A program made the translations under genes and the position numbers. A stretch of DNA of 64,000 nt from Oscillospiraceae bacterium. Lineage in GTDB: Bacteria; Bacillota; Clostridia; Oscillospirales; CAG-272. Below are positions 55,586 to 63,833 of this stretch, piece after piece. The stretch covers positions 364-64,363 of the forward strand of contig SVSH01000012.1 in assembly GCA_015064395.1 (NCBI GenBank), written 5' to 3'. A model generated the notes under the pieces. That model did not search any database. It worked only from the letters and a program-made list of their open reading frames with translations, and was not told where the DNA came from. How positions within the stretch are numbered: the first letter of the stretch is position 1; each line of letters opens with the position of its first letter.

Positions 55586-55622
55586 AATAAATTGTAAATT
55601 TTATTTAACATGCAAGAGCATT

Positions 55623-56585
55623 TTAAGCCAAAAACGGCAGCAACAGGCACATGACAGGCAGCGTCAAAAGGCAAGAGATGGTCGACAGGAGAACGACGTT
55701 TGCCGCCGTTTTCTGCCCTTCTCCCAGCCGTTCGGAAAAGGAAAGAACCATATTGGCCACGGGACAGCAGCAGATGATAAACAGCGCCTGCTTGAGGTAG
55801 CCCTCCACCGGCACAAAGTACAACGACGCAAAGGCGAACAGCGGAAATCCGATGTTTTTCACCGCGATCACCACGTATTGCTTGAGGTTGCAAAAAAGAT
55901 CCTTCGCATTGACCAGGGCCAATCGCATACCCAAAATGATCATACACAAGGGCGTCGCAAAGGTGCCCAGCGTTGCCACCATTGACAGCACGCCGTCGGG
56001 CAGCACAAAGGACAGACACAGCATGACAATGGCGATCATGGCCGAGACGGTATTGGGATTGAAGAACACCTTTTTGAGGCTGATATGCTTTTTGTCCCGG
56101 GTAATGATGGCCGAGACGACCGTCCAGCACATGGTGTTCATGATCAAGGAAAATAGGGCCGAGAACATAGCGACCTCGGGATGCTCCTGTCCCATAACGG
56201 CCTCCAGGATAGGCACACCGAAAAATCCGCTGTTGCCAAACGAGGCGGCAATGGCGAAAATGCGGTACTGCGCCGCCTCTTGCTTGTTGCGCAAAACGAA
56301 ATAGGAAAGCGCCAGGAAGGACGCCTGCAGGAAAAGGGCCAACAGAAAGATGAGCGCTCCGCGCTCGAGCATTTTTCCCAACGGCACGACACCGTCCCGC
56401 ACGAGAACCGTCGCCTTTTGGAAGGAATAGGCGGTCAGGCAGGGTTGGCTGACGTATAACAGCAGTGTGACGAAGACGGAAATCGAGCGCTCGTCATACT
56501 TTTTGAAGCGCATGAGCAGAAAGGCCGGCGCGGCAAAGGCCAGCATTTGCGCCACGGCAAAAAAGGTGATATAAAAGTTTCCCAT
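55623..56585 (-). CDS. AEC (auxin efflux carrier) family transporter
   Basis: 320 aa, about 10 TM, typical AEC N- and C-terminal repeat pattern. Confidence 0.85.
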   Translation of the reverse strand: MGNFYITFFAVAQMLAFAAPAFLLMRFKKYDERSISVFVTLLLYVSQPCLTAYSFQKATVLVRDGVVPLGKMLERGALIFLLALFLQASFLALSYFVLRNKQEAAQYRIFAIAASFGNSGFFGVPILEAVMGQEHPEVAMFSALFSLIMNTMCWTVVSAIITRDKKHISLKKVFFNPNTVSAMIAIVMLCLSFVLPDGVLSMVATLGTFATPLCMIILGMRLALVNAKDLFCNLKQYVVIAVKNIGFPLFAFASLYFVPVEGYLKQALFIICCCPVANMVLSFSERLGEGQKTAANVVLLSTISCLLTLPVMCLLLPFLA

Positions 56586-56597
56586 AGAGCGCCGTCG

Positions 56598-57608
56598 TCA
56601 AGCGTGAACGCCGCCCGACGCCTTCAGGATCGCATCGACCAGCGCCTGTGTCAGGAGAGCCTCCTCCATCATCCAGCGCGCCCGGCTGCCGTCGACGTCA
56701 TCGTAAAAATCAGCGATCTGAATGGCATGCGAGGAGCCGTAGCAGGCCTTCGCACCGCAATTCCGGGCTCGCTCCTCGTCACTGGCATGGACAGAGCGAC
56801 CATCGCGGTAAAAGATACAAGAGTCCCCTGCTCTGCTCTCCACCCGCGCGTTTTCGCACTTGATGGTGACGCGAATGTCCTCGTCCTCCATGTTGTTGAT
56901 GGAGAAGAAAAACAGCGCTCTCGTGCCATTTTCAAAATAGATCACGCCCTCGGCGGTGTCCTCTACCTCAGCCGTCGTCTCGCCATGGTGTGAGACGGTC
57001 GCCTTGACGTCCACCACGGGCGAGCCGGCAAAATAGCGAAGCAAATCCAGTGTATGAATGGCCTGATTGATGATAACGCCGCCACCTGCCGTCGCATAGC
57101 GGGATCTCCACTCGCCCGAGCGATAGTATGCCTCGTTACGGCACCAGCAGACCTCACCGTGAAGCGAGATCAATTTACCCATCTCGCCACTGTCCAGTGC
57201 CTCGCGGATGGCGCGGTTTTCGGCGTTGTAGCGGTTCTGGAAAATCACGCCGAGGCGCCGTCCCGTCTCGAGCGAGACCGCCTTCATGCGCTGAGCCGCC
57301 TCCAGGGAGGCATCCATGGGCTTTTCGCACAGCACGTCGACGCCGGCTCTCATACAGTCGATGGCCACCGGAGCGTGCAGATAGTGGGGCAGGCACAGAT
57401 GCACCGCATCGGGGTGCACCGCCTCCAGCATTTCGTGATAGTCGGTATAATAGGCACAGCCCGCCATAGCGGCACGGGAGCGGGCACGCTCCTCGATGAT
57501 GTCGCACACGGCGACAAGCTCGGTCTTTTCGTTTTCCATCAGGGCTTTGATGTGGTTGGGGGCGATCACGCCGCAGCCAATGATACATACACGGAATTTT
57601 TCAGACAT
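56598..57608 (-). CDS. Gfo/Idh/MocA family oxidoreductase
   Basis: Trimmed to ATG 57608. FRVCIIGCGVIAPNH Rossmann start and EKP motif (LCEKPM). Confidence 0.88.
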   Translation of the reverse strand: MSEKFRVCIIGCGVIAPNHIKALMENEKTELVAVCDIIEERARSRAAMAGCAYYTDYHEMLEAVHPDAVHLCLPHYLHAPVAIDCMRAGVDVLCEKPMDASLEAAQRMKAVSLETGRRLGVIFQNRYNAENRAIREALDSGEMGKLISLHGEVCWCRNEAYYRSGEWRSRYATAGGGVIINQAIHTLDLLRYFAGSPVVDVKATVSHHGETTAEVEDTAEGVIYFENGTRALFFFSINNMEDEDIRVTIKCENARVESRAGDSCIFYRDGRSVHASDEERARNCGAKACYGSSHAIQIADFYDDVDGSRARWMMEEALLTQALVDAILKASGGVHA

Positions 57609-57725
57609 ATGGGACACCTCGCGCATCGGTCATAACTTCACGCCGTCCGGGTAGACGGATATGATGGCTTATTATACCATACTGCGGGGCGAAAAGCAAG
57701 ATGATTTGACGAAAAAGAGTTTCTT

Positions 57726-58886
57726 TTAGTGGGCGTCGGCCGCAAGCGGAGCGTCCCCTTTGCCCTTCTCCGCCATAAGGCGAAGATACAAATCCTCGAT
57801 CTGTCTGACCATAGCGGGGGCTGTGAATTTTTCGTGATACAGGCGGAGCGCTCCTTGGGACAGCACGTCCCTTTGCGCTCGATCGGAATACAGGCACAGG
57901 AGCGTCGAGGCCAGTGCCTCGTCATCGTGCGGCGGGAACAAATAGCCGTTTTCCCCCGGGGTGACCATACGGGGATTTCCCCCGTAGTCAGAGGCGATGG
58001 CAGGCACGCCCGCGCTCATGCCCTCGGACAGGGACAGGCTGGAGGTCTCCGTTCCGAAGGAGGCATTGACGTTGACGTCCATCAAGGCATAATAGGGCGC
58101 CATGTCCTCGATAAAGCCGGTAAAAATGACGGTATCCCCCACCCCCAACGATTGCGCCAACGCGCGGTAACGGTCCAGCTGTGAGCCGTCGCCAAGCAGC
58201 AAAAAACGCATATTGGGGGCTACGCTTTTACACCGCGCCGCCGCTCGGATGACCGTTTCCTGCCCCTTATAATGCTCCAGTCTTGCCGGCATGCCCACCA
58301 CAAAATGCGAGCGCTCCAGCCCCCATTTTGCTCGCACGGCGTCCACCTCGCCCGCCTCGCACGTCCGCACGGGGAGCACGCCGTTGATGATGACCTCGAT
58401 CTGCTCCCCGTCCATGCCGAGCAGCAAAAGATTCTCCCGCGCGGCATCGGCCACGGCGATCACACGGTCGGAAAGGAACCGGCTTCCATAGCGAAAGGCC
58501 ACGCGAAACAGTCCGTTTTTCTGCCAGGCGCTCAAGGGAAAGACGCAGTGGCGCGTCTGAATACACACGGGAACGCGGCACACCCTCCCTGCAAGACGGG
58601 CCGTGAGTGCGGCGTGCGTGTGCAGAATATCGGGGCGCTCTTCCCGGATCACTCGCACGTATTCGCCCAGTGCTCCCCATTCCATCGAACGGTCCTGCCC
58701 GCACGCCACCGTTACGACACGGCAAGGCAACGAGCGAAACCGCTCGACGAGGCGACTGCCCCGGGGCAGTACGACAACGTAGGCAAACCGCTCTCTATCC
58801 CCACAGCACACGGCGTTATAAAGCAGTGTCCCCGCTCCCCCGATGTTGGTATCGGTCAGAATGTGCATCACTTTGATCTTGGACAT
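57726..58886 (-). CDS. family 4 glycosyltransferase
   Basis: Trimmed to ATG 58886. GGAGT near the N-terminus and C-terminal E..G....EAMS-like block (SLSEGMSAGVPAIASDYGGNP). Confidence 0.85.
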   Translation of the reverse strand: MSKIKVMHILTDTNIGGAGTLLYNAVCCGDRERFAYVVVLPRGSRLVERFRSLPCRVVTVACGQDRSMEWGALGEYVRVIREERPDILHTHAALTARLAGRVCRVPVCIQTRHCVFPLSAWQKNGLFRVAFRYGSRFLSDRVIAVADAARENLLLLGMDGEQIEVIINGVLPVRTCEAGEVDAVRAKWGLERSHFVVGMPARLEHYKGQETVIRAAARCKSVAPNMRFLLLGDGSQLDRYRALAQSLGVGDTVIFTGFIEDMAPYYALMDVNVNASFGTETSSLSLSEGMSAGVPAIASDYGGNPRMVTPGENGYLFPPHDDEALASTLLCLYSDRAQRDVLSQGALRLYHEKFTAPAMVRQIEDLYLRLMAEKGKGDAPLAADAH

Positions 58887-58963
58887 AAAAATAACCCCTC
58901 CCATTCGGTAAAACCAAGGCATAGTTTTTACCCAAACGGGCGGGGTTATTCGGATCGTGATAT

Positions 58964-60187
58964 TTACTTGGCGTGCTCGCAGGACATGACGTGGAGCTCG
59001 TAATACGCCTTTATCATATTGATGAATTTCATTGCCAGCTTGCCATCCTCCAACATACAGCGATAAATGTTATCGCCATGCTGAAGCTCCAGGTATCGGC
59101 CGGGACTGAAGGGCAACGAGGCAAAGGTAGCCGTAGACACCGATACGTCCAGCGCCTGGCCTCCGACCTCTCCCACAAGCAGCATATGATCGGGCGTCAG
59201 CGTAAGCCGGCCCTCGCCCGCATGCACAAACTTGTGTCGCTTGGGATCCACCACAAGGATCTGTGTTTGGGCGGACAGTTCCGTCTCCTCGCCGCTCTCG
59301 ATCCTTTGCTTTTGGGCATCGTAGATCATGCGGCTCCAGTCGGAAACGTAGCGAATCTCCTCGCCCACGTCACCGTTGTGATGCAAGAAGCCGTATTCGT
59401 CGCTCTTTTGCGTAAAACCGCATTCGGTACAGCAAATGACGCTCTCGTCCTTGACCTGCATGACAAACTCGCGCTTGCAGTGCGGACACATATACAATAC
59501 GTGTTGCAGTCCTTCGATCCGGTCGTTCTTTTGATATTTGACCAGTAGTTTTTCCTGCTCGCGGTAGGCGTCAAACAAAAGCGCCTCGTCCGTTTTTTGC
59601 TTGATCACCTCAACGTCGGTCTCGGCCAGCTCCTCCGCCGAGAAGAGCTTGTATACATCCATATAAGTACGTCCCGACCGCATGCCACGCGTCCATTTGG
59701 GCATGACAAAATAGCTGCCGCTGACGCGAGCAACATAAACGTCGGCCCGCAACCATTTCAAAAACGGATAGGTCGCTACGGGGATAGGTGTGGAGAGTCC
59801 GTCCTCACACATGAGCCCTGCCGGGTAGATCACCAGTGCCTCCCCGTCGTCAATGACGGATTTCATGGCGCGCATGTCCTTGAGCGTCGTCTGAAACTGC
59901 TGCTTGGGAATAACGCCTATCTTGGTCATAAACCACTTGACCGGCGAGGACTGATAAAAGGACTGGCTGATGACAAAATTGAGCGGGGTGCGCGTCATGC
60001 CGATCAGATTGACAAAATCGAGCGACGCCTGATGGTTGGCGATGACCACGTAAGGGCCCTTTTTGCCGCGGATCTCGTTGCGAAGGATCTTTCGCTTAAA
60101 AATGAGCTTCGATACGATCTGCGAGAGAAATCGCACGAAGCGATATACGATCATGCTTCTATTCGTTTTTCGATTGGCCTTTTTCAT
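58964..60187 (-). CDS. lysophospholipid (PlsC-type) acyltransferase with extended C-terminal domain
   Basis: NHQASLD (HX4D) and IYPAG motifs. The C-terminal part carries CPHC...CTEC. Confidence 0.8.
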   Translation of the reverse strand: MKKANRKTNRSMIVYRFVRFLSQIVSKLIFKRKILRNEIRGKKGPYVVIANHQASLDFVNLIGMTRTPLNFVISQSFYQSSPVKWFMTKIGVIPKQQFQTTLKDMRAMKSVIDDGEALVIYPAGLMCEDGLSTPIPVATYPFLKWLRADVYVARVSGSYFVMPKWTRGMRSGRTYMDVYKLFSAEELAETDVEVIKQKTDEALLFDAYREQEKLLVKYQKNDRIEGLQHVLYMCPHCKREFVMQVKDESVICCTECGFTQKSDEYGFLHHNGDVGEEIRYVSDWSRMIYDAQKQRIESGEETELSAQTQILVVDPKRHKFVHAGEGRLTLTPDHMLLVGEVGGQALDVSVSTATFASLPFSPGRYLELQHGDNIYRCMLEDGKLAMKFINMIKAYYELHVMSCEHAK

Positions 60188-60300
60188 GATAAACCCTCTG
60201 AGATCTTAAGAAAGTCTTAACCTGACGACTCATTATAACACAGTTTTCACAAAAAAGCAAAGGTTTTATCAAAATTTGTTAATAATTTTCGGAATGCTAC

Positions 60301-60326
60301 GAAAAAGCCCGGAAAAATCCGGGCTT
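60301..60326 (-). terminator. intrinsic terminator
   Basis: agcccgg/ccgggct stem, ttttc on the minus strand, after the stop at 60348. Confidence 0.65.
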
Positions 60327-60347
60327 TAGGGGTTACTCGGCGTCTGC

Positions 60348-60968
60348 CTACTCCTCCTCGCTCGCGGGGCGCGGCGGAATATCGGGCAGAGTTGCCAGTA
60401 TCGTTTCTTTGTTCGGTGAATCGGATTCCTCGACCGCGCGGTACAAATTCTCATACGCCTCGATCAGGTCGAGCTGAGAAAATCCGATGGAACGAAGCTG
60501 GCCGAGTATAAACTCCTTTTCCTCGTCCGTGGCTGTTGCATCCAAAGCATAGATCACACAACATTCCGTAACAGGATAGCGCTTCAGCAGGGCTGTTTTG
60601 GCGTTTTCCGTGCGGCACGATGAAAGATCCCAGTATTCATAAAATGCCTTGGTTCTTTCCGCACGATGCCATGCCTCCGAGTTCTTATTCTTACCCAACT
60701 GCTTTTCCTGTTCCGCTACGACCAGCCGTTCAAAGTCCTCCTTGAGCATGATCACGGGAACCTCCTCGAGCGCCGGCTCCTCCTCGGCGGAAATGGTCAA
60801 GCCCACCGTCAGAGTGATCAGCGCGATCATGGCGGCGGCCACCGCGATCATGCCCTTATGAAACCGCCGGGGACGGCGCCGGGATGTGGAAATAATGGTA
60901 GTAGCGGCCTCGGTGACGTAGTCGGGAGATACGCCGCCCAGTGCATCAAACAATCGCTCGTTTTTCAT
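60348..60968 (-). CDS. single-pass membrane protein, putative anti-sigma factor
   Basis: ATGA overlap with the sigma gene stop. One TM (MIAVAAAMIALITLTVGL). No zinc anti-sigma motif, so the call rests on position only. Confidence 0.5.
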   Translation of the reverse strand: MKNERLFDALGGVSPDYVTEAATTIISTSRRRPRRFHKGMIAVAAAMIALITLTVGLTISAEEEPALEEVPVIMLKEDFERLVVAEQEKQLGKNKNSEAWHRAERTKAFYEYWDLSSCRTENAKTALLKRYPVTECCVIYALDATATDEEKEFILGQLRSIGFSQLDLIEAYENLYRAVEESDSPNKETILATLPDIPPRPASEEE

Positions 60969-61522
60969 AGGTAAATGTCCTCCTTTTCCAGATATTGCTT
61001 GAGTTTCTTGCGCGTTCGGCAAAGAAGCACGTTCACGTGGCCCTCACTCATGCCAAAATCGGCGGCAATGCGCGAGACGTCCTCGGCAAACCAGTAGCGG
61101 CGCATAAAGATCACGCGCGTGCGCTTGGGCAATTCACCCAGAAAACGGTTGAGTGCGTCGCGCAACGCAATGTCGTCGGCGCTTGGTACGTCCCCCAGGT
61201 CACTGATGCACTCCTGCAATTCCTCCAGCACAAGCGGTACGTCCCCACCGCCCCGCTTGGCACTCTTGTTTTGCCGTAAGCGGTTAAGCGAGAGCTGACG
61301 CGTCAGCATGCCCATATAGCTTGCCAGTGATGCCGGCCGCCCGGGCGGTATGGTGTCCCACGCCTTGCGATAGGCATCGTTGACACATTCCTCGGCATCC
61401 TCCCTTGATGACAAAATGCGCTCGGCGATGGTGCGGCAGTAAGTACCGTATTTTTTCTGTGTTTCGGCGACCGCCGCCTCGTCTCGCGCCTCAAACATCG
61501 CGATGATGTTGACGTCGTCCAT
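60965..61522 (-). CDS. ECF-type RNA polymerase sigma-70 family factor
   Basis: Region 2 (DAEECVNDAYRKAW) and region 4 HTH (VSRIAADFGMSEGHVNVLLCRTRKKL). Strong RBS AAAGGAGGG. Confidence 0.88.
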   Translation of the reverse strand: MDDVNIIAMFEARDEAAVAETQKKYGTYCRTIAERILSSREDAEECVNDAYRKAWDTIPPGRPASLASYMGMLTRQLSLNRLRQNKSAKRGGGDVPLVLEELQECISDLGDVPSADDIALRDALNRFLGELPKRTRVIFMRRYWFAEDVSRIAADFGMSEGHVNVLLCRTRKKLKQYLEKEDIYL

Positions 61523-61602
61523 GGTATCCCTCCTTTGCCTGATGTAAAAGGCCTTTCACCTATAGAAACAACAAATCCTCTCCAAATCTTACACCAAAAT
61601 CC

Positions 61603-61640
61603 AAAAATGACCGCTAAAATTTTTTTCAGCGGTCATTTTT
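61603..61640. terminator. bidirectional terminator separating the paralog operon from the sigma operon
   Basis: aaaaatgaccgct ... agcggtcattttt. Confidence 0.7.
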
Positions 61641-61649
61641 CGCGGTGAA

Positions 61650-62174
61650 TTAGGGCTTGTAGCAATACAACTGCGAGGAGTAAAAGGTATACAGCGTCTG
61701 CTTGGGGTCATCCAGCACGACCACATAAAACATACTGCCTATGGGGCCGTAGCCGCGCGTTCCCTTGTCCTCGGGGATCGAGCCGTAGCTTTCAAAATAC
61801 AGCATATCGATGGTATAATGACCGCCGTATCCCGCTACTTTCCTGCGGCGCATGACCTCATCCTCGCCGACGCCGATAAGCTTATCCTCCACAACGTAGA
61901 AGCGTCCCGGGGCAATATAGCGCCACCCTTTTATGGTGGGCATAATAAACATCATCCCCCAAAGAATCGCCATTCCCACGTCCAGCAAAATGAGCGGCCC
62001 CCAGATGATCCAGACGTTCGGCATTTGCCAATACGCAAGCGCGGTCAACCCGACCAGAATGCCCTCCGTAAAGACAAGCAAGACGATCATCAAAATCAGT
62101 TCTATCTTCATAGACCGCAAAAACTGCTTCCGTAGCTTTTCCTTGGTCAGAATTCTTCTTTTTTCTTCTTCCAT
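61650..62174 (-). CDS. 2-TM paralog 3 (hypothetical)
   Basis: Start set at ATG 62174, 10 nt after GGAGG; ATG 62183 is only 1 nt from it. Same architecture and C-terminal FYVVVLDD...FYSSQLY block as 62177..62725 and 62729..63256. Confidence 0.6.
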   Translation of the reverse strand: MEEEKRRILTKEKLRKQFLRSMKIELILMIVLLVFTEGILVGLTALAYWQMPNVWIIWGPLILLDVGMAILWGMMFIMPTIKGWRYIAPGRFYVVEDKLIGVGEDEVMRRRKVAGYGGHYTIDMLYFESYGSIPEDKGTRGYGPIGSMFYVVVLDDPKQTLYTFYSSQLYCYKP

Positions 62175-62176
62175 TT

Positions 62177-62725
62177 TTAGCATTCCTCCAAACGGTAGTA
62201 TCTAGAATTATATATGTAAGCGATCTTATTTTTGCGGTTGTTCAAAACGACAAGGTAGAACAAATCTCCTGCCGTTGCATGGTCGCGCGTGCGTTTGGAT
62301 GCGATAAAGCGGCGCTTGCCCGCAAAGTGAATGTAGCGCGCTTCGTTTCGCCAAAACAGGAGCCAAAGCCAGTCCGCAAAGATGTAAAGAACATCCCATC
62401 CCGTCGGCTCGTCATCATCAATTCGTCTTGCATAATCCTGCTCGACATGAAATTCTCCGCGCACGATCAAGCGACGATTGCACAGTGTTCCAATCACGCC
62501 TTCGATAAAGAAGACATAAAACAGACCTACAGTAACAACAATGAAGAATCCCCACAAAGGCCATATGTTAGGCGACAGCGCATACACCCCACTCGTGATC
62601 AGAACCATAAGGGGAACAACAATACATCCGGCTATCGTGCACTGTATGATATTCAGTTTGCATTCATCAAGCAGGGTGTTCTGTACTCTTGCTTTGCTCA
62701 TATACTCGCGATTGTCCTGTGCCAT
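62177..62725 (-). CDS. 2-TM paralog 2 (hypothetical)
   Basis: RBS GGAGG lies inside the 3' end of the upstream paralog. C-terminal FYLVVLNNRKNKIAYIYNSRYYRLEE. Confidence 0.6.
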   Translation of the reverse strand: MAQDNREYMSKARVQNTLLDECKLNIIQCTIAGCIVVPLMVLITSGVYALSPNIWPLWGFFIVVTVGLFYVFFIEGVIGTLCNRRLIVRGEFHVEQDYARRIDDDEPTGWDVLYIFADWLWLLFWRNEARYIHFAGKRRFIASKRTRDHATAGDLFYLVVLNNRKNKIAYIYNSRYYRLEEC

Positions 62726-62728
62726 CGA

Positions 62729-63256
62729 TCATTCCTCCAACTGAAAATATTTTTTGTTATAGATTCGCGCCACGCTGTGTTTTCTATCATCTAATACGGC
62801 AAGGTAGAAAACGTCTCCCACCGCCGAATGCTCGCACACTCGTTTGGTGGTCACCACCCGCCCGTAGCGGCCGAAATGTACCGAGCTTTCATATTTGTAA
62901 CGGCTATTGCGAAAGTGTCGCTCGATGCCGCGTCTGCGCAGTGTTTCCTCCACACGGATATCGACCACGGTGTCCTCCTCGATGCGGTAGCGTCCGGTTC
63001 TCACCATATACCACCGTAAAGCGCCGGGCACGGTATAATATATGCCCTCCCCCAGCCAAACGGCAATCAGCAGCACCAAAATGCCCCATCGCCAGCCGCT
63101 TGATATATGCAAGAAAAGCAATCTTGACAAAAGCACCACCGTAAGCAGACTCAGTGCAAACGTGATGGTATAGATCAGCATCTGCCGTCCGGATGTGCGC
63201 AACAATTCGCTATGGATGGATTCTTTGGTCAGGCGTGTTCTTTGGTCCTCGGACAT
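62729..63256 (-). CDS. 2-TM paralog 1 (hypothetical)
   Basis: C-terminal FYLAVLDDRKHSVARIYNKKYFQLEE. Two TM helices near the N-terminus. Confidence 0.6.
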   Translation of the reverse strand: MSEDQRTRLTKESIHSELLRTSGRQMLIYTITFALSLLTVVLLSRLLFLHISSGWRWGILVLLIAVWLGEGIYYTVPGALRWYMVRTGRYRIEEDTVVDIRVEETLRRRGIERHFRNSRYKYESSVHFGRYGRVVTTKRVCEHSAVGDVFYLAVLDDRKHSVARIYNKKYFQLEE

Positions 63257-63382
63257 AACAGTTCTCCCTTGTTTTCTTTTGTGACTTTATTTTACCATCA
63301 TTTGACCGCTTTGTCAATAGGCAATTTTGATTTTTATAGGGATGCACAGTTTTAGAGCAAAAAATTATTGAAAATTAATAAA

Positions 63383-63656
63383 GCGGAGGAGCAACTGCTC
63401 CGCGGCATGGGAGTGGAGAGCCTTCCCCTTGAGGGGAAGGTGGATGCCCAACGGGGCAGACGGATGAGGTGTTGCACCTCGCACGAGCGCGGACGGGGTC
63501 GGGTTATAGAAGGGCAAGCTTTCACACAAAATTCCACTCCGCAGCATGAGGCTCGAAACAAAACTATCCTATGGCAATATTCCGTTTTGGCACAAAACGG
63601 AATATTGGGAGCGGCGCAACCGGACTGAAAGCGCTTGCTATATGGTATACGCCGCA
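63383..63656. other. hairpin-dense non-coding region (candidate structured RNA, class unknown)
   Basis: Perfect or near-perfect stems: gcggag/ctccgc (63383..63403), ccttcccc-ttga-ggggaagg (63421..63440), tgccc/gggca (63445..63458), gaggtg-ttg-cacctc (63466..63480), 14-bp caatattccgtttt/aaaacggaatattg (63575..63607). Long-range ggagtgga (63410..63417) pairs with tccactcc (63533..63540). Confidence 0.4.
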
Positions 63657-63823
63657 GGGGCTCAGAACCCCTGCGTGCGCCGTCAGTTAACGCTTTTCCC
63701 TGCCTCAATAAGCGCACGCTTACCAAATTGCCGTCAAGCGGCAATTTGAGGGGTTCTTCGCGTAAAATCACACGAGAATACAAAAAGAGAACGGCCTAAA
63801 GCCGTTCTCTTTTTGTATTCTGG
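63657..63823 (+). repeat. 167-nt tandem repeat unit 1: three-way-junction fold plus terminator
   Basis: Identical to 63834..64000. P1 agaacccct/aggggttct (63664..63672 with 63749..63757), P2 gcgtgcgc/gcgcacgc (63673..63680 with 63712..63719), P3 aaattgccg/cggcaattt (63725..63747), then the terminator. Confidence 0.9.
63776..63820. terminator. 20-bp perfect hairpin terminator inside repeat unit 1
   Basis: gaatacaaaaagagaacggc-ctaaa-gccgttctctttttgtattc. GC core flanked by A5/T5, so it can act in both directions. Confidence 0.75.
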
Positions 63824-63833
63824 AGCGGATTAC

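Noticed and set aside
55483-56130. N-terminal 216-aa extension of ORF 54595..56130
   Set aside because: The extension overlaps the AEC transporter gene in another frame and has no start context. The HTH begins right after ATG 55482, which has a GGGAGGGAG RBS.
63383-63656. T-box leader or glycine riboswitch
   Set aside because: GGAGAG-hairpin-...CCCAACGGGGCAG loosely recalls the glycine aptamer core (GGAGAG ... ACCGAAGGGGCAA), but the required CUCUC partner and the CAGGCAAAAGGAC segment are missing. GGTGGATGCCC does not match the T-box GGGTGGTACCGCG. I also saw no RNase P, tmRNA or SRP signature strings.
63352-63783. 143-aa minus-strand ORF and small plus-strand ORFs 63368..63628 and 63546..63749
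   Set aside because: They span perfect hairpins and the tandem repeat, lack an RBS, and have Arg/Cys/Pro-rich composition.
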